64,000 nt of DNA from the NCBI GenBank assembly GCA_963790825.1, contig CAWBPM010000003.1, positions 253,681-317,680 on the forward strand, read 5' to 3'. The stretch's first letter is position 1, and the number at the start of each line of letters is the position of its first letter. The notes below the pieces were generated by a model, which was not told the origin of the DNA, did not search any database, and worked only from the letters and a program-made list of their open reading frames with translations. Shown piece by piece: positions 42,120 to 51,634 of the stretch. Source of the stretch: Candidatus Levyibacteriota bacterium. Lineage in GTDB: Bacteria; Patescibacteriota; Microgenomatia; Levybacterales; UBA12049. The translations under genes were made by a program, and so were the position numbers.

Positions 42120-42959
42120 TTACTGAATCTTTGCATACTGCGAACTGATCCAGCCGGTTTGTCCGTTCTGAAGTTTTATTTCAAACCAATCAGTAGTCTG
42201 CGAAATTAAAGGGTACGTCTCTCCCGGATGCACCCGGCCTATTTCACTTGACACAATACTACTATCAGAATGCACTCGTAAAAATCCAGTCGGAGTATCT
42301 AAAATAGTTACTTTCGCAGTCGGTGTCGGTGTAGGAGTTGCGGAAGATCCTGCTGTAGGAGTAGGGGTAATATCGACATTGCTGACTGCCAGATATACCA
42401 CTGCCTGCAGTTTGTAGCCGGCAGGAGTACGAATTCTGACAATTTTTTCACTATAACCGTTTTTCTTAAGTAGGAGTACATGGTCGGATGCAGTTGTGCT
42501 TTTTAAAAAATAGGGGGTTGTTCCTACATCATTTGAATCAAGCGTAACGTCTGCTTTATCCGGAAAAGATGAGACCATAAGCTCAGACGCATTCGGATCT
42601 GTCAGCGGAGTAAGTGAAATGACGCTTCCTTCTGAATATCCTGGTTTTCCAAATTCTCTATCAACAACGGTTAAAACAGATTTACTAATGGTTATTTTTT
42701 CAACGTAAGGTAAAAAGTTTTTATCGTTTGGCTCTAAACGCACGGTATAATCTCCCGAAGTCAGCATATTTTGACCGTCGCATTCACAAAGCGGTGTAAG
42801 ACCTATGTACTTATCGTTCAGATATACTTTACTGGCAGGCACAGACGTTACCTGCAATGCTCCTTTGTCGGAATTTCTCTCAATTATAAGCTGGAACAGG
42901 AGATAAATGATAACAGCAATAATAAGAGACGGAATAAGAATAAAAATAATTTTCTTCAT
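42120..42959 (-). CDS. PEGA-domain protein with C-terminal SH3b domain
   Basis: N-terminal TM, PEGA-like repeats (GxTP), a TP linker and WFEI....GQTGWISSQY; probable start MKKII. Confidence 0.8.
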   Translation of the reverse strand: MKKIIFILIPSLIIAVIIYLLFQLIIERNSDKGALQVTSVPASKVYLNDKYIGLTPLCECDGQNMLTSGDYTVRLEPNDKNFLPYVEKITISKSVLTVVDREFGKPGYSEGSVISLTPLTDPNASELMVSSFPDKADVTLDSNDVGTTPYFLKSTTASDHVLLLKKNGYSEKIVRIRTPAGYKLQAVVYLAVSNVDITPTPTAGSSATPTPTPTAKVTILDTPTGFLRVHSDSSIVSSEIGRVHPGETYPLISQTTDWFEIKLQNGQTGWISSQYAKIQ

Positions 42960-43013
42960 TGGAATAGAAGTAATATAACACAGAACGAATAACCTTGACA
43001 ATTATAAAGGGTT

Positions 43014-44549
43014 TTAATTTGCAGCGCCAGAAGCTTCTAAAAACCTTTTTTTTACAAATTCTTTATCGAGAGATAATAGTAGCCAGGCAGCTTTTGGTCC
43101 ATGGTTTTTGCCAAGCAAAACCGTATAAATTGCAGCGAATGTATCTTTTCCGCTAAGTTGTAACTGCTTGCCAATTTCATAAATACGTGCTTGAAATAAC
43201 TCCGCATCTTGCGTGTTGTTGAGTTCCGAGGCAAGTTTAGCTAGTAATTCTTTTTGTTTATCCGTCAGATTTTTTGCTGCAGCAGGCAATTCTTTTTGCA
43301 CGAAAAATTTCTCAGACTCCGGTGCATATTTCTCAAGCCAAATTCTGGCATATTTTGCCCACTCCCCAAGCCCCTCTTTTTTTATTTCCTCTTCCATGTT
43401 GGGCATCTGGATCCATTGGGCTAGAACTGAAAAACGGATTTTAGGCGGTTTTTTTATCTCATTAATTTGCGAAAGTTCAAAAATGCGGGCAAGATCATCA
43501 TTTGTTTTATTAAAATATGCGTCGGCTGCTTTTTGATAATCATCAAAAAGGCTTGGTATTGTGTCTTTTTCGCTCGGATCAAAATTAATTTGCGTATTCA
43601 CTTTAATCCGAACCATGAGAAAACGAATTAACTCAGGTGGTAGAATTTCCAGCATATCATTCGCAGCCGTTCCGACCCCACGGGAAGAAGACATTTTGCG
43701 CCCGCCGATTAAAAGCCACTCATAAGCAACCGCGTAAGGAACCGGATAATCAATAACTCTCTCGCAAACAAGTTTTGCCAGATCATGCGAGCCGCCTGAG
43801 GACATATGATCTTTCCCTGCCCCCTCAACCGTAACGCCGATCACCTTCCATTTTGCAGGCCATTCAACTTTCCAGGGAAGTTTTCCCGCCATGATCGATT
43901 TGCTGCTAAACGGTGAGGCACTCCCTTTTTTCCCGCAGCCTTTGGTCCATTTAACTCTGTCTACTTTGCATTCGTATGTAACTTCCTTTCCATCCCAATC
44001 TGTTATTTCGGATGTTGAAACTTTTCCGCAATTTGGACAATACAGCTGAAATGGATACCAATTGTTGGGAAGTTTTTTATCATACATTTCCTCATAAATT
44101 TTTCTGATTTCCGCAGCTTTATCTAAAACTTCTTTAATAACCGGGTTCATGCGTCCGCTGGTATACAGATCTTTCGTCCAAATTATTTCTGGTGTGCAGC
44201 CAATTACTCTAAAAACTTTTTCAAATTCTCCTGCATAAAATCTGGCGTAATTTTCAAATCCTTCCTCGGGAGATGGAATTCTAAAGAGAGGCATTCCTAA
44301 ATACTGTTCAAATTTTTCCCGAGGTAAATACGAGGGTATATCATCCATCGGGTCATGGTCTTCAAAAACATAGGTGAATTTTGCGGGAACTTTTATATCT
44401 TTGAGTGCTTTATAAAGCAGATCATGCACTATTACGCCGCGGAGTGCGCCGACATGAATTCTTCCCGATGGCGTTTTCATGTCATCGACCCATTCAAGCG
44501 GCAGTTTTCGTTCTTTTAATTTTTCCGCTACTTCATCCGCCCAAAACAT
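43014..44549 (-). CDS. lysS: Class I lysine--tRNA ligase
   Basis: MFWAD, PSGRIHVG, GKLPWKVEWP, GKDH, KMSSS.G and GPK motifs. Confidence 0.93.
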   Translation of the reverse strand: MFWADEVAEKLKERKLPLEWVDDMKTPSGRIHVGALRGVIVHDLLYKALKDIKVPAKFTYVFEDHDPMDDIPSYLPREKFEQYLGMPLFRIPSPEEGFENYARFYAGEFEKVFRVIGCTPEIIWTKDLYTSGRMNPVIKEVLDKAAEIRKIYEEMYDKKLPNNWYPFQLYCPNCGKVSTSEITDWDGKEVTYECKVDRVKWTKGCGKKGSASPFSSKSIMAGKLPWKVEWPAKWKVIGVTVEGAGKDHMSSGGSHDLAKLVCERVIDYPVPYAVAYEWLLIGGRKMSSSRGVGTAANDMLEILPPELIRFLMVRIKVNTQINFDPSEKDTIPSLFDDYQKAADAYFNKTNDDLARIFELSQINEIKKPPKIRFSVLAQWIQMPNMEEEIKKEGLGEWAKYARIWLEKYAPESEKFFVQKELPAAAKNLTDKQKELLAKLASELNNTQDAELFQARIYEIGKQLQLSGKDTFAAIYTVLLGKNHGPKAAWLLLSLDKEFVKKRFLEASGAAN

Positions 44550-44591
44550 AAGTGTATTATAAAGTAAAAGATGCTAATTAAAAATAGCTAA

Positions 44592-44942
44592 TTAGCTTTT
44601 CTCAAGAGTTACTGCTGTACCTCCGCCCAAAGAAATTGTTTGACTTTGCATAGGTCCGGATATACAAGTCGCTATGCCCACTCTATTTCGAGGTTGTCTC
44701 ACTGGTGTCTCAATTCTTTTAATTCTAACTGCGAAACTGCCCTGATTTGCTGTGTAAACAGTTACTGCTAAAGGCAGTTCTCTGGTTTTTATAACTACGT
44801 GTCCTTTTCGATTTATTCCTGATATTTCTTCAGTTGGTAACTGTACATTAGCAAGTTTAATCACTGATTTTCCATCAGGTCGATACCTCGGTGTATGATC
44901 AATATCTCTATAGTGCACGTTTTGTCGTTCCATATTTTCCAT
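44592..44942 (-). CDS. Hypothetical protein downstream of an attenuator-like leader
   Basis: 116-aa ORF whose GGAGG SD lies within the upstream hairpin. Confidence 0.55.
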   Translation of the reverse strand: MENMERQNVHYRDIDHTPRYRPDGKSVIKLANVQLPTEEISGINRKGHVVIKTRELPLAVTVYTANQGSFAVRIKRIETPVRQPRNRVGIATCISGPMQSQTISLGGGTAVTLEKS

Positions 44943-44943
44943 T

Positions 44944-44966
44944 AAAAAACCCCTCCTGGAGGGGTT
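44944..44966 (-). terminator. Intrinsic terminator/attenuator hairpin
   Basis: AACCCCTCC-A-GGAGGGGTT followed by a U-tract on the minus strand. Confidence 0.75.
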
Positions 44967-44990
44967 ATATAAACTATTGATTATGTATTT

Positions 44991-45059
44991 TTACACGATC
45001 AATAACCCCTCCGAAGAGAGGTACTTCTTACTAAAATTAATTACTAAATTTCTTTGCAT
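44991..45059 (-). CDS. Putative 22-aa leader peptide MQRNLVINFSKKYLSSEGLLIV
   Basis: ATG 7 nt after TTGCAA-16-TATACT (with extended -10 TG); the ORF covers the alternative hairpins. Confidence 0.5.
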   Translation of the reverse strand: MQRNLVINFSKKYLSSEGLLIV

Positions 45060-45094
45060 ATGAAACAGTATAGCAAACAAAAGTTTTTTTGCAA

Positions 45095-46054
45095 CTACTG
45101 CACAATCTCTACTTCTGTTTCGGGAGTAAAGCCGAATGTTTCCTGGAATATTTCTTGGATCGTTGAAATAATTTGCTTCACGTCGGATGCTTTCGCACCT
45201 CCCAAATTATTTATAAAGTTTGCATGTTTCGTGGAAACTTCCGCATTGCCGATTCTGAAACCTGAAAATCCTAAACGATTATTCACGTATCCCATGGCTA
45301 TTTTCCCATGCCATTTGCCATCCACCATCTCTTTTATATCCGGCCAGACTGTAAGAATTTTTTCAATATTTTCTTTTCCGCTGATATTTTTAAATGTTGA
45401 GCCGGAATTGGGATAATCATGTGGATGATTTTTCTCCCGATACGCGATGTTTTTAAGGTAGGTTTGTTTTGCCTGTTCCAATTCCTGAGGCGAAGCGTTT
45501 TTAAGCTGCAGCGTAACTGAAACGATAAGCAAATTTTTATTCTCCTTTATCAAACTATGTCGGTAAGCAAAATGCAATTCATCTCTAAAATAGATTTTCT
45601 TTTTAAGAGTTTCCTTATCAATCGCCATAACCTGAACGATACTGTTTTTTATTTCTCCACTAAATGCTCCGACATTTCCCCGCACTGCAGCTCCAACTGT
45701 TCCCGGTAATCCTCCTGCCCATTCAAGACCGGTCAAGTGGTGAGAGAAGCCAAATTGAATTACGCTGTCAAGCGTTTCTCCGGCAAAAGATTTGATAAGG
45801 TTATCTTTTTCTAAAGTAATGTCTTTACCTTTCGGGTCTATCATTTGAATAACTACACCATCGAAATACGAATCCGTAAATAATAAGTTGGCGCCAATTC
45901 CGACGACAAAGATTTTGCTAATATTGTTTTTTTTAACAAAAGATACCGCGTCCAGAGCGTCCTGTTCGCCAGAACAAGCCAAAAGATATTTTGCTTTTCC
46001 TCCGATTTTATACCAAAGAATTTGGGAAAGATCAAAATCCCGATAGATTTGCAT
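45095..46054 (-). CDS. murB: UDP-N-acetylenolpyruvoylglucosamine reductase
   Basis: IGGKA, GLPGTVG, FAYRHS, SGSTFKN, KHANF and ETEV motifs. Confidence 0.94.
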   Translation of the reverse strand: MQIYRDFDLSQILWYKIGGKAKYLLACSGEQDALDAVSFVKKNNISKIFVVGIGANLLFTDSYFDGVVIQMIDPKGKDITLEKDNLIKSFAGETLDSVIQFGFSHHLTGLEWAGGLPGTVGAAVRGNVGAFSGEIKNSIVQVMAIDKETLKKKIYFRDELHFAYRHSLIKENKNLLIVSVTLQLKNASPQELEQAKQTYLKNIAYREKNHPHDYPNSGSTFKNISGKENIEKILTVWPDIKEMVDGKWHGKIAMGYVNNRLGFSGFRIGNAEVSTKHANFINNLGGAKASDVKQIISTIQEIFQETFGFTPETEVEIVQ

Positions 46055-46077
46055 AATAAGTGAGGTTATTGTATACC

Positions 46078-46111
46078 ACCTAGCCAGGTGCTGTACAGCA
46101 CCTGGCTAGGT
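46078..46111. repeat. Perfect 34-bp palindrome upstream of murB
   Basis: ACCTAGCCAGGTGCTGT|ACAGCACCTGGCTAGGT. Confidence 0.9.
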
Positions 46112-46273
46112 TAGGCATTATATTTATTGTATTTTATTTGCAGAGAGGTATAGAGAATTTTTACAGAATTAGCAATTATATAGCCAAAAAACTGAAATCA
46201 ATTATAACTTAGACTCACCATTGTTAAGTCTCATAGTTGATTAAACCTATATTTTCTGATAGAATTCCTCAGT

Positions 46274-46666
46274 ATGGCAGAGAAAGAACCAAAAATTGAT
46301 CCCGACCAGGAAATGTATAGATCAGTAGATATCCTACAATCTTTGCAGGATTGTTATCGTTTTGAGCAGGATAAAGATCAAGTCCGCTTAATCTATCGAA
46401 TGGACCAAGGCAGAACAGCTGAAAAACATTTTGAGGTCGAGGATTTCTATAAAGCAGTTGACTATTATTATGAAAATCGCGAGCCTGAATCGCGCGTTGA
46501 CGCTGCAATGCAAAGACCAGATGGATTCGTAGATGTTTATTCTCCTATGAAAAGTCCTGGAGAAACAAGGGTCGTTGCAAGAATTAGAAATTATATGGTA
46601 CCTCAAATCTTAGAATTCGCTTATCTAATGCTGCGTCAAGATCAATTAAACAGCAGACAAAAATAG
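46274..46666 (+). CDS. Hypothetical protein
   Basis: 130-aa ORF with TAGAAT 7 nt upstream of the ATG. Confidence 0.65.
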   Translation: MAEKEPKIDPDQEMYRSVDILQSLQDCYRFEQDKDQVRLIYRMDQGRTAEKHFEVEDFYKAVDYYYENREPESRVDAAMQRPDGFVDVYSPMKSPGETRVVARIRNYMVPQILEFAYLMLRQDQLNSRQK

Positions 46667-46694
46667 TTTCTCCATATTTATTAGAGAAATTCTC

Positions 46695-48488
46695 TTATTC
46701 AGGTATTTCCGCTTCTGCGACGAGGTTTTCGGGAAGGCGGAACAGTCCTTCATCCAGTCTTTTTTGATCCAGGAAATGACTGATAAATCCAACTGAACGT
46801 GAGAGAACAAAAAGTGCGTTAAAGAACTCAGTTTCAACCAATTCCTGAAGTTTCGCATCGGAAAACCCTTCTTTTTCCGATAAAATATCCAGGAGAACTG
46901 CTGCGATCGCGCCGTCAACATTGAGAATTAAACTGCCTTTTTTCTCGGTGGTTATTTTTTCGACAGATTTTGCAAATGTCGTAAATCTTTTTTTCGGATA
47001 TTTCTCAACAAATTTAAGAACTGCAACTACACGGGGATCCGGTAAATCTATCCTGTATTTCCTGTGTCCAATTCCTGAGATGTATTGTTTTTTCAGAGCA
47101 AATTCTTCCACAAAATCACCTGGGAGGGTTCCTGATACTACACCGGTCAACCAATTTTCCGCTGCCTGATTAATCGCTCCGCCAAAACGGGGACCAATTG
47201 TTAACAACCCGGAAGCCAAAGAAGAAACCAAGTCCCGACCGGCTCTTGCAGTAATAATCGTATTTACCGCTCCTGAGACATACGGTCCGTGATCAACCAA
47301 GAGACGTAAGATAAAATCGACAAATGTTTCAAGTTCCCGTGAAACTTTTTTCTGGCCTAAAAACATCGAGATAGTAACTCCGGCAAAGGAGCGTGAATCA
47401 ACAAACGATAATAAATCTTCACCCAAAAGTGTTGCTTTTCCATCTTTATCACCTGAAATACTCGTGGTTATAAGTCCAGGCTGCCGATTTTGAAATTCTC
47501 TCAATATTGGTTCATAATTTTTTTCATCTGTTATCTCTTTCCCTTGGCAATTTTTTATCAGTGTTATAAATTCGCTAAACGTTTCCGCTACCTTTGCTCC
47601 GGCATTTTTCAAAGCAATGCGCTTGGCAGAGGCTGTTTCTCTGTCAGATTTTGCCATGGCTTTGGCGTGTCCAAATTGCGGCGGCTCTGAAAAAAGCTCG
47701 GCAATCGATCCGGCAATGTAACAAATTACTTCTTTCGTTACTTTTTTTTCTTTAAGTAGTGTCGCAAGTTCATATTCATCGGCTCCTCCTAATTCGCCGA
47801 AATAGATAATTGTTTTCGTTTTCGGATCTCTCTCAGCTTCTAAAAATGCCTCTCTGGGCGAAGTTATGGGAAAGCGGTCTCCGCCAAAAGAAAGAGCAAA
47901 TGATATGCGTCTACCCTGCTGAGTGACAATTCTGAGAAGCTCTCCTGTCATACCGCCGGAAGCGGAAAATACTGCCACATCACCCGGGGTAAATAAATGA
48001 GAAGCAATCAGCTGCCGGTAATCCACTCCGCCAATTGCACCAAGTTTTAAATGCCCTGGAAGAAGCAGGCCGACACTTGCAGGACCAATTAGAAATTTTT
48101 TTAGTTGTTTTGCCTTGTGATATAAACTAATTGCATGTTTTTCAGGAACATTTTCAGCAAAAATTACGCCGCCCAGTATATTCGGGCAGGAATCTAAGAT
48201 CTCTTCTGTACTTGTCAAAACCCGGCGCGGCGATAAGAGATTAAGAAAAAATGCTTTTTGACCGCGCAAATCCGTAGGAACATCCTGAATTGTCTTATAC
48301 ATCGGGAGCAGGATTTCCTGTTTTCCCCAAAAAAATCGCGCGAATCGTCTACCTGAAGCTATCAAATACAAAATACTCGGACTTCTGCCCGAAAGATAAT
48401 CAAAATCCAATATCGACTGGATGATCGGATAATTGCCTAAGACAACAATTTTTGTTTCTTTTTTTCGAATTTCTTCAAGATTAATCAT
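46695..48488 (-). CDS. aclA: ATP-citrate lyase alpha subunit (CoA-binding/phospho-His plus citryl-CoA lyase domain)
   Basis: IGPASVG, SGGM, GGDRFP, GELGG.DE, QFGHA, DHGPYVSGA, GPRFGGA, GIGHR and LNVDG motifs. Confidence 0.88.
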   Translation of the reverse strand: MINLEEIRKKETKIVVLGNYPIIQSILDFDYLSGRSPSILYLIASGRRFARFFWGKQEILLPMYKTIQDVPTDLRGQKAFFLNLLSPRRVLTSTEEILDSCPNILGGVIFAENVPEKHAISLYHKAKQLKKFLIGPASVGLLLPGHLKLGAIGGVDYRQLIASHLFTPGDVAVFSASGGMTGELLRIVTQQGRRISFALSFGGDRFPITSPREAFLEAERDPKTKTIIYFGELGGADEYELATLLKEKKVTKEVICYIAGSIAELFSEPPQFGHAKAMAKSDRETASAKRIALKNAGAKVAETFSEFITLIKNCQGKEITDEKNYEPILREFQNRQPGLITTSISGDKDGKATLLGEDLLSFVDSRSFAGVTISMFLGQKKVSRELETFVDFILRLLVDHGPYVSGAVNTIITARAGRDLVSSLASGLLTIGPRFGGAINQAAENWLTGVVSGTLPGDFVEEFALKKQYISGIGHRKYRIDLPDPRVVAVLKFVEKYPKKRFTTFAKSVEKITTEKKGSLILNVDGAIAAVLLDILSEKEGFSDAKLQELVETEFFNALFVLSRSVGFISHFLDQKRLDEGLFRLPENLVAEAEIPE

Positions 48489-48499
48489 ATTTTTATTCG

Positions 48500-49675
48500 T
48501 TATCGCAAATACTGTAGTGCTTCCAGTACAACGTCAGTCAACACTTTTTCAGGTCCCCACACAACACCAAGTAACTCTTCTCTACCCAGAAAATCCCGCA
48601 TCAGAGATAATCCTTCTTCCTGGTTCGGGCCGCCGCGGCGAACGAAAATTTTTACGTTTTGTTTTTGAAGCATATTTTTTACCTCTTCAAGCGCTTTTAG
48701 AATTCCCCGAAAGGTAATTCGAACATCGGTAAAATTAGCAACTCCGCCGCCTATTACTAATGCCTTCTTTTTCGCAGAAGAAACTAAGAGAAGATCGAGC
48801 AAATTTTTAGCATAGATATATGATTCTTCTTCAGTCGGGTTTCCGCTATATTCGCCGTAATTGGCAACTTCCCGTCCAAGCCCTTGGTTATATGCTTCGT
48901 CTGCCAGGGCAATACTAGCGCCTCCTCCTGAGAGTATCATAAAAAGACTGCCGTTTGGATTTAGAACAGTAAGGTTGAATGCCGACTGGCTGTTTTCTGC
49001 CAATTTCAGGATGTTTTCTTCCTGAGTAGTTTTCGGCTTGCTTTCCCTGAAGTCTGCACTTGTCCATGCACCTTTAACCATAGATTCAGCTGCGCTATCA
49101 ACTTCCACCGCAGCATCAAGAAAAAATAAAGAATCCTTGCGGACCAAAAGAGGATTTATCTCGAGAAAAGAAAAATAATACTGATCAAATAGATCAATGA
49201 GTTTTGCTAACAAATTCTTAGGTAAAGAAGGAATTTCAATTTGCTGCAACCTTTCCTTCCTGCTTATAATTTTCTTTACAATTTTTTCGGGGTGTTGTTC
49301 TATGTCTACTCCACCTTGTTCTGAGAAAAGCAGCATGTAGCCCTCCCGCACTCTTTCAAGTGAAAGGTATTTTTCTTGTTTATTTTCATGTGCGATATAC
49401 GGTTCAATAAAAAATTGCCTGTAGCCTTTTTTTTGCCAATCTTCTATATTACGCTCTATCTCTTTAGCCATTTTGTTAATAGCCACCAATCCTTTTTTAA
49501 ACCTGCCTTTTACGCCTTGATCAACTTTTACAACGTAAAACGCAGTTTTATCAAGACTTTGTATCATTATTTGTAGATTTTCACTGGCCAAATAACATAA
49601 GCCTGGTTTTGGATCCTTAACAAGTGGCGAAAGCAATTGTTTGGCTTTGTATTCGCTGATCTTTTTTCTTGCCAT
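48500..49675 (-). CDS. aclB: ATP-citrate lyase beta subunit (ATP-grasp plus citrate-binding)
   Basis: VVKVDQ..K.R.K.GLV, LEINPL, GGGAS, ANYGEYSGNP, IGGGVANFT and RRGGPN motifs. Confidence 0.88.
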   Translation of the reverse strand: MARKKISEYKAKQLLSPLVKDPKPGLCYLASENLQIMIQSLDKTAFYVVKVDQGVKGRFKKGLVAINKMAKEIERNIEDWQKKGYRQFFIEPYIAHENKQEKYLSLERVREGYMLLFSEQGGVDIEQHPEKIVKKIISRKERLQQIEIPSLPKNLLAKLIDLFDQYYFSFLEINPLLVRKDSLFFLDAAVEVDSAAESMVKGAWTSADFRESKPKTTQEENILKLAENSQSAFNLTVLNPNGSLFMILSGGGASIALADEAYNQGLGREVANYGEYSGNPTEEESYIYAKNLLDLLLVSSAKKKALVIGGGVANFTDVRITFRGILKALEEVKNMLQKQNVKIFVRRGGPNQEEGLSLMRDFLGREELLGVVWGPEKVLTDVVLEALQYLR

Positions 49676-49702
49676 AATTGGAGTTTATTGAAGTATTAGA
49701 TG

Positions 49703-50182
49703 TTATGAAATAGCGACAATTTTATAGACAATTTTTCCGGCGGGTGCTTCGACCTCTATACTTTCTCCGACTTTCTTGCCTAAGAGTGCTTTCCCCAGCG
49801 GTGACTCATGAGAAATTTTTCTTTCATTCGGATCTGCCTCCCATTCTCCGACTACCGTGTAATTTTCTTGTTTACCGTCAACACGAAGTTTAACCGTCGA
49901 ACCAAGTTGAATCGATCGTTTTGCTGATACTTTGGATTTTTTGCCGTCTTTAATAACGACAACTTCTTTTAATAGTATTTCAATCTCATCTATTCTGCCG
50001 TCAATAAAGGACAACTCTTCGCGCGCCGCGTGATACTCGGCGTTTTCGGACAGATCTCCCATGTCACGAGCTTCGGATACGCGCGTTACGACCCGTGGCC
50101 GTTTAATACGCTTTAACTCGTCATATTCTTTTTTTAACTCGCTCAAACCCTCCCGGGTAAGATATATCTTTTTTGTGTCCAT
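49703..50182 (-). CDS. greA: Transcription elongation factor GreA
   Basis: GDLSENAEYHAA and ISHESPLGKALLG motifs; start ATG 50182. Confidence 0.95.
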   Translation of the reverse strand: MDTKKIYLTREGLSELKKEYDELKRIKRPRVVTRVSEARDMGDLSENAEYHAAREELSFIDGRIDEIEILLKEVVVIKDGKKSKVSAKRSIQLGSTVKLRVDGKQENYTVVGEWEADPNERKISHESPLGKALLGKKVGESIEVEAPAGKIVYKIVAIS

Positions 50183-50259
50183 ATATACTATTTTAACAAT
50201 AAACTCCCAGCGACATTGCAAGGGAGAGTAAATAACCTGGGTGATAAAATCTTTCACCA

Positions 50260-50288
50260 AGTATAGGAAAAATTAGTGGATTTGTCAA
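50260..50288 (-). promoter_or_regulatory. Sigma70-type promoter of greA
   Basis: TTGACA-17-TATACT on the minus strand. Confidence 0.75.
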
Positions 50289-50505
50289 TGTATCGTTTTG
50301 CCGGAGATGTTTTTTGCCGGAGATCTCTGAGGTCACGAGATGGGCAATAATGATTTCATCCTGATCCCGCCCGGAGAAGCTACAGTCACTCCGGAGCCGA
50401 ACTGTGAATTTTTAATCCGTTTGACTTATCGATTAGCCTGATTTGACGACGATTCAGCATAAATGTGGTCTATCTCTTGAATTGCTTTCATTATTCCCTA
50501 ATTTT

Positions 50506-51597
50506 TCAGCTTGATTTACTTACCGGTTTCTTTATCCGTTTAAGTCTTCGTTGTCTATAATCATCTATCGGACTTTCAAAGAAAATAAAAATAAGATAAG
50601 AAAATAATAAAGTGATAATTATTGTTATGATGGGAAAAATGTTCTTATCTATCTTGGCAAAAGGCATATTCAGCAGTAGTAATATTATTAATGAATGAGA
50701 AATATACACCGGATATGAAAGATTACCTAAAAGGTTATCCAGTTTACTGTTTTTTAAGTAGACGAAAATATATGGAATCGTTATTATCAGTAAAAAGTAA
50801 TATATCCATTCAACCGGATTGAGAATAAAATGATTTAATTTTGCTAAAAAAGTGTATCCCAAAGTGAATACAATAATTAAGAGAAATAAAATCCTGCTTA
50901 ATCCAATATTTGCCTTTCTTTTCTGTAGCCGGGCATATAATTTATATGAGAGAGTTCCTGAAAGAAAAAACATTATTATGCCTGGAAAAAAACGCATAGT
51001 ATACAATACTACTCCACTTGTCTGTGTCTCGTCATACTTAAAAACTAATACTCTCAGAAGAAAACTTAATAGAATACAACTCGTAACCAGGAGTACTTTT
51101 CTTCGGACAAGAAAAGGTGCTATAAAATAAAATAATAACTCTATCCCCAGTGTCCATGATTGTCCGATCAATAATGGACTGCTGCTGGTCGGGTTAATGG
51201 TGAAATAAGCCGGTGAGGTAAAAATAAAAATATTTCCACTGAGATCGCTGAATGATTGATAAATCAGTGGAATCCCGTGAATATTCTTATAATTTTGCAA
51301 TATGCCCACAAGCGGATTCAGACTGAAGTGACCTAGTCCAAACAATACAAATGAAACAATGCCGGTTAATAATAAAATGAGCCAGTAAGTGGGATAAATA
51401 CGTAATAATCTATTTGAGATAAATAACCTGTATGGTACTTTTGCATATTTATTATTGAGAATAAGAGACATGTAAAAACCTGAGAGTATGTAGAAAGATT
51501 GCACCGCTGTTTTTGCATCTATTAGCTGATATTTATATATTGATCCGGCATGGGCCATGATGATACTTATCGCCAAAAACAGCCTTAATAATCCCAT
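50506..51597 (-). CDS. Acyltransferase-3 (OafA-like) membrane O-acyltransferase
   Basis: LR..LA....H, FYILSGF, R.LRIYP.Y, WTLGIELLFY and LGNLSYPVYISH motifs. Confidence 0.88.
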   Translation of the reverse strand: MGLLRLFLAISIIMAHAGSIYKYQLIDAKTAVQSFYILSGFYMSLILNNKYAKVPYRLFISNRLLRIYPTYWLILLLTGIVSFVLFGLGHFSLNPLVGILQNYKNIHGIPLIYQSFSDLSGNIFIFTSPAYFTINPTSSSPLLIGQSWTLGIELLFYFIAPFLVRRKVLLVTSCILLSFLLRVLVFKYDETQTSGVVLYTMRFFPGIIMFFLSGTLSYKLYARLQKRKANIGLSRILFLLIIVFTLGYTFLAKLNHFILNPVEWIYYFLLIITIPYIFVYLKNSKLDNLLGNLSYPVYISHSLIILLLLNMPFAKIDKNIFPIITIIITLLFSYLIFIFFESPIDDYRQRRLKRIKKPVSKSS

Positions 51598-51634
51598 ATG
51601 TTAATGATACTATATGTAAAGTAGGGAAGTGACA

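Noticed and set aside
43014-44549. Archaeal-type class I LysRS as evidence of recent transfer
   Set aside because: Class I LysRS occurs in several bacterial lineages, so it is not unusual by itself.
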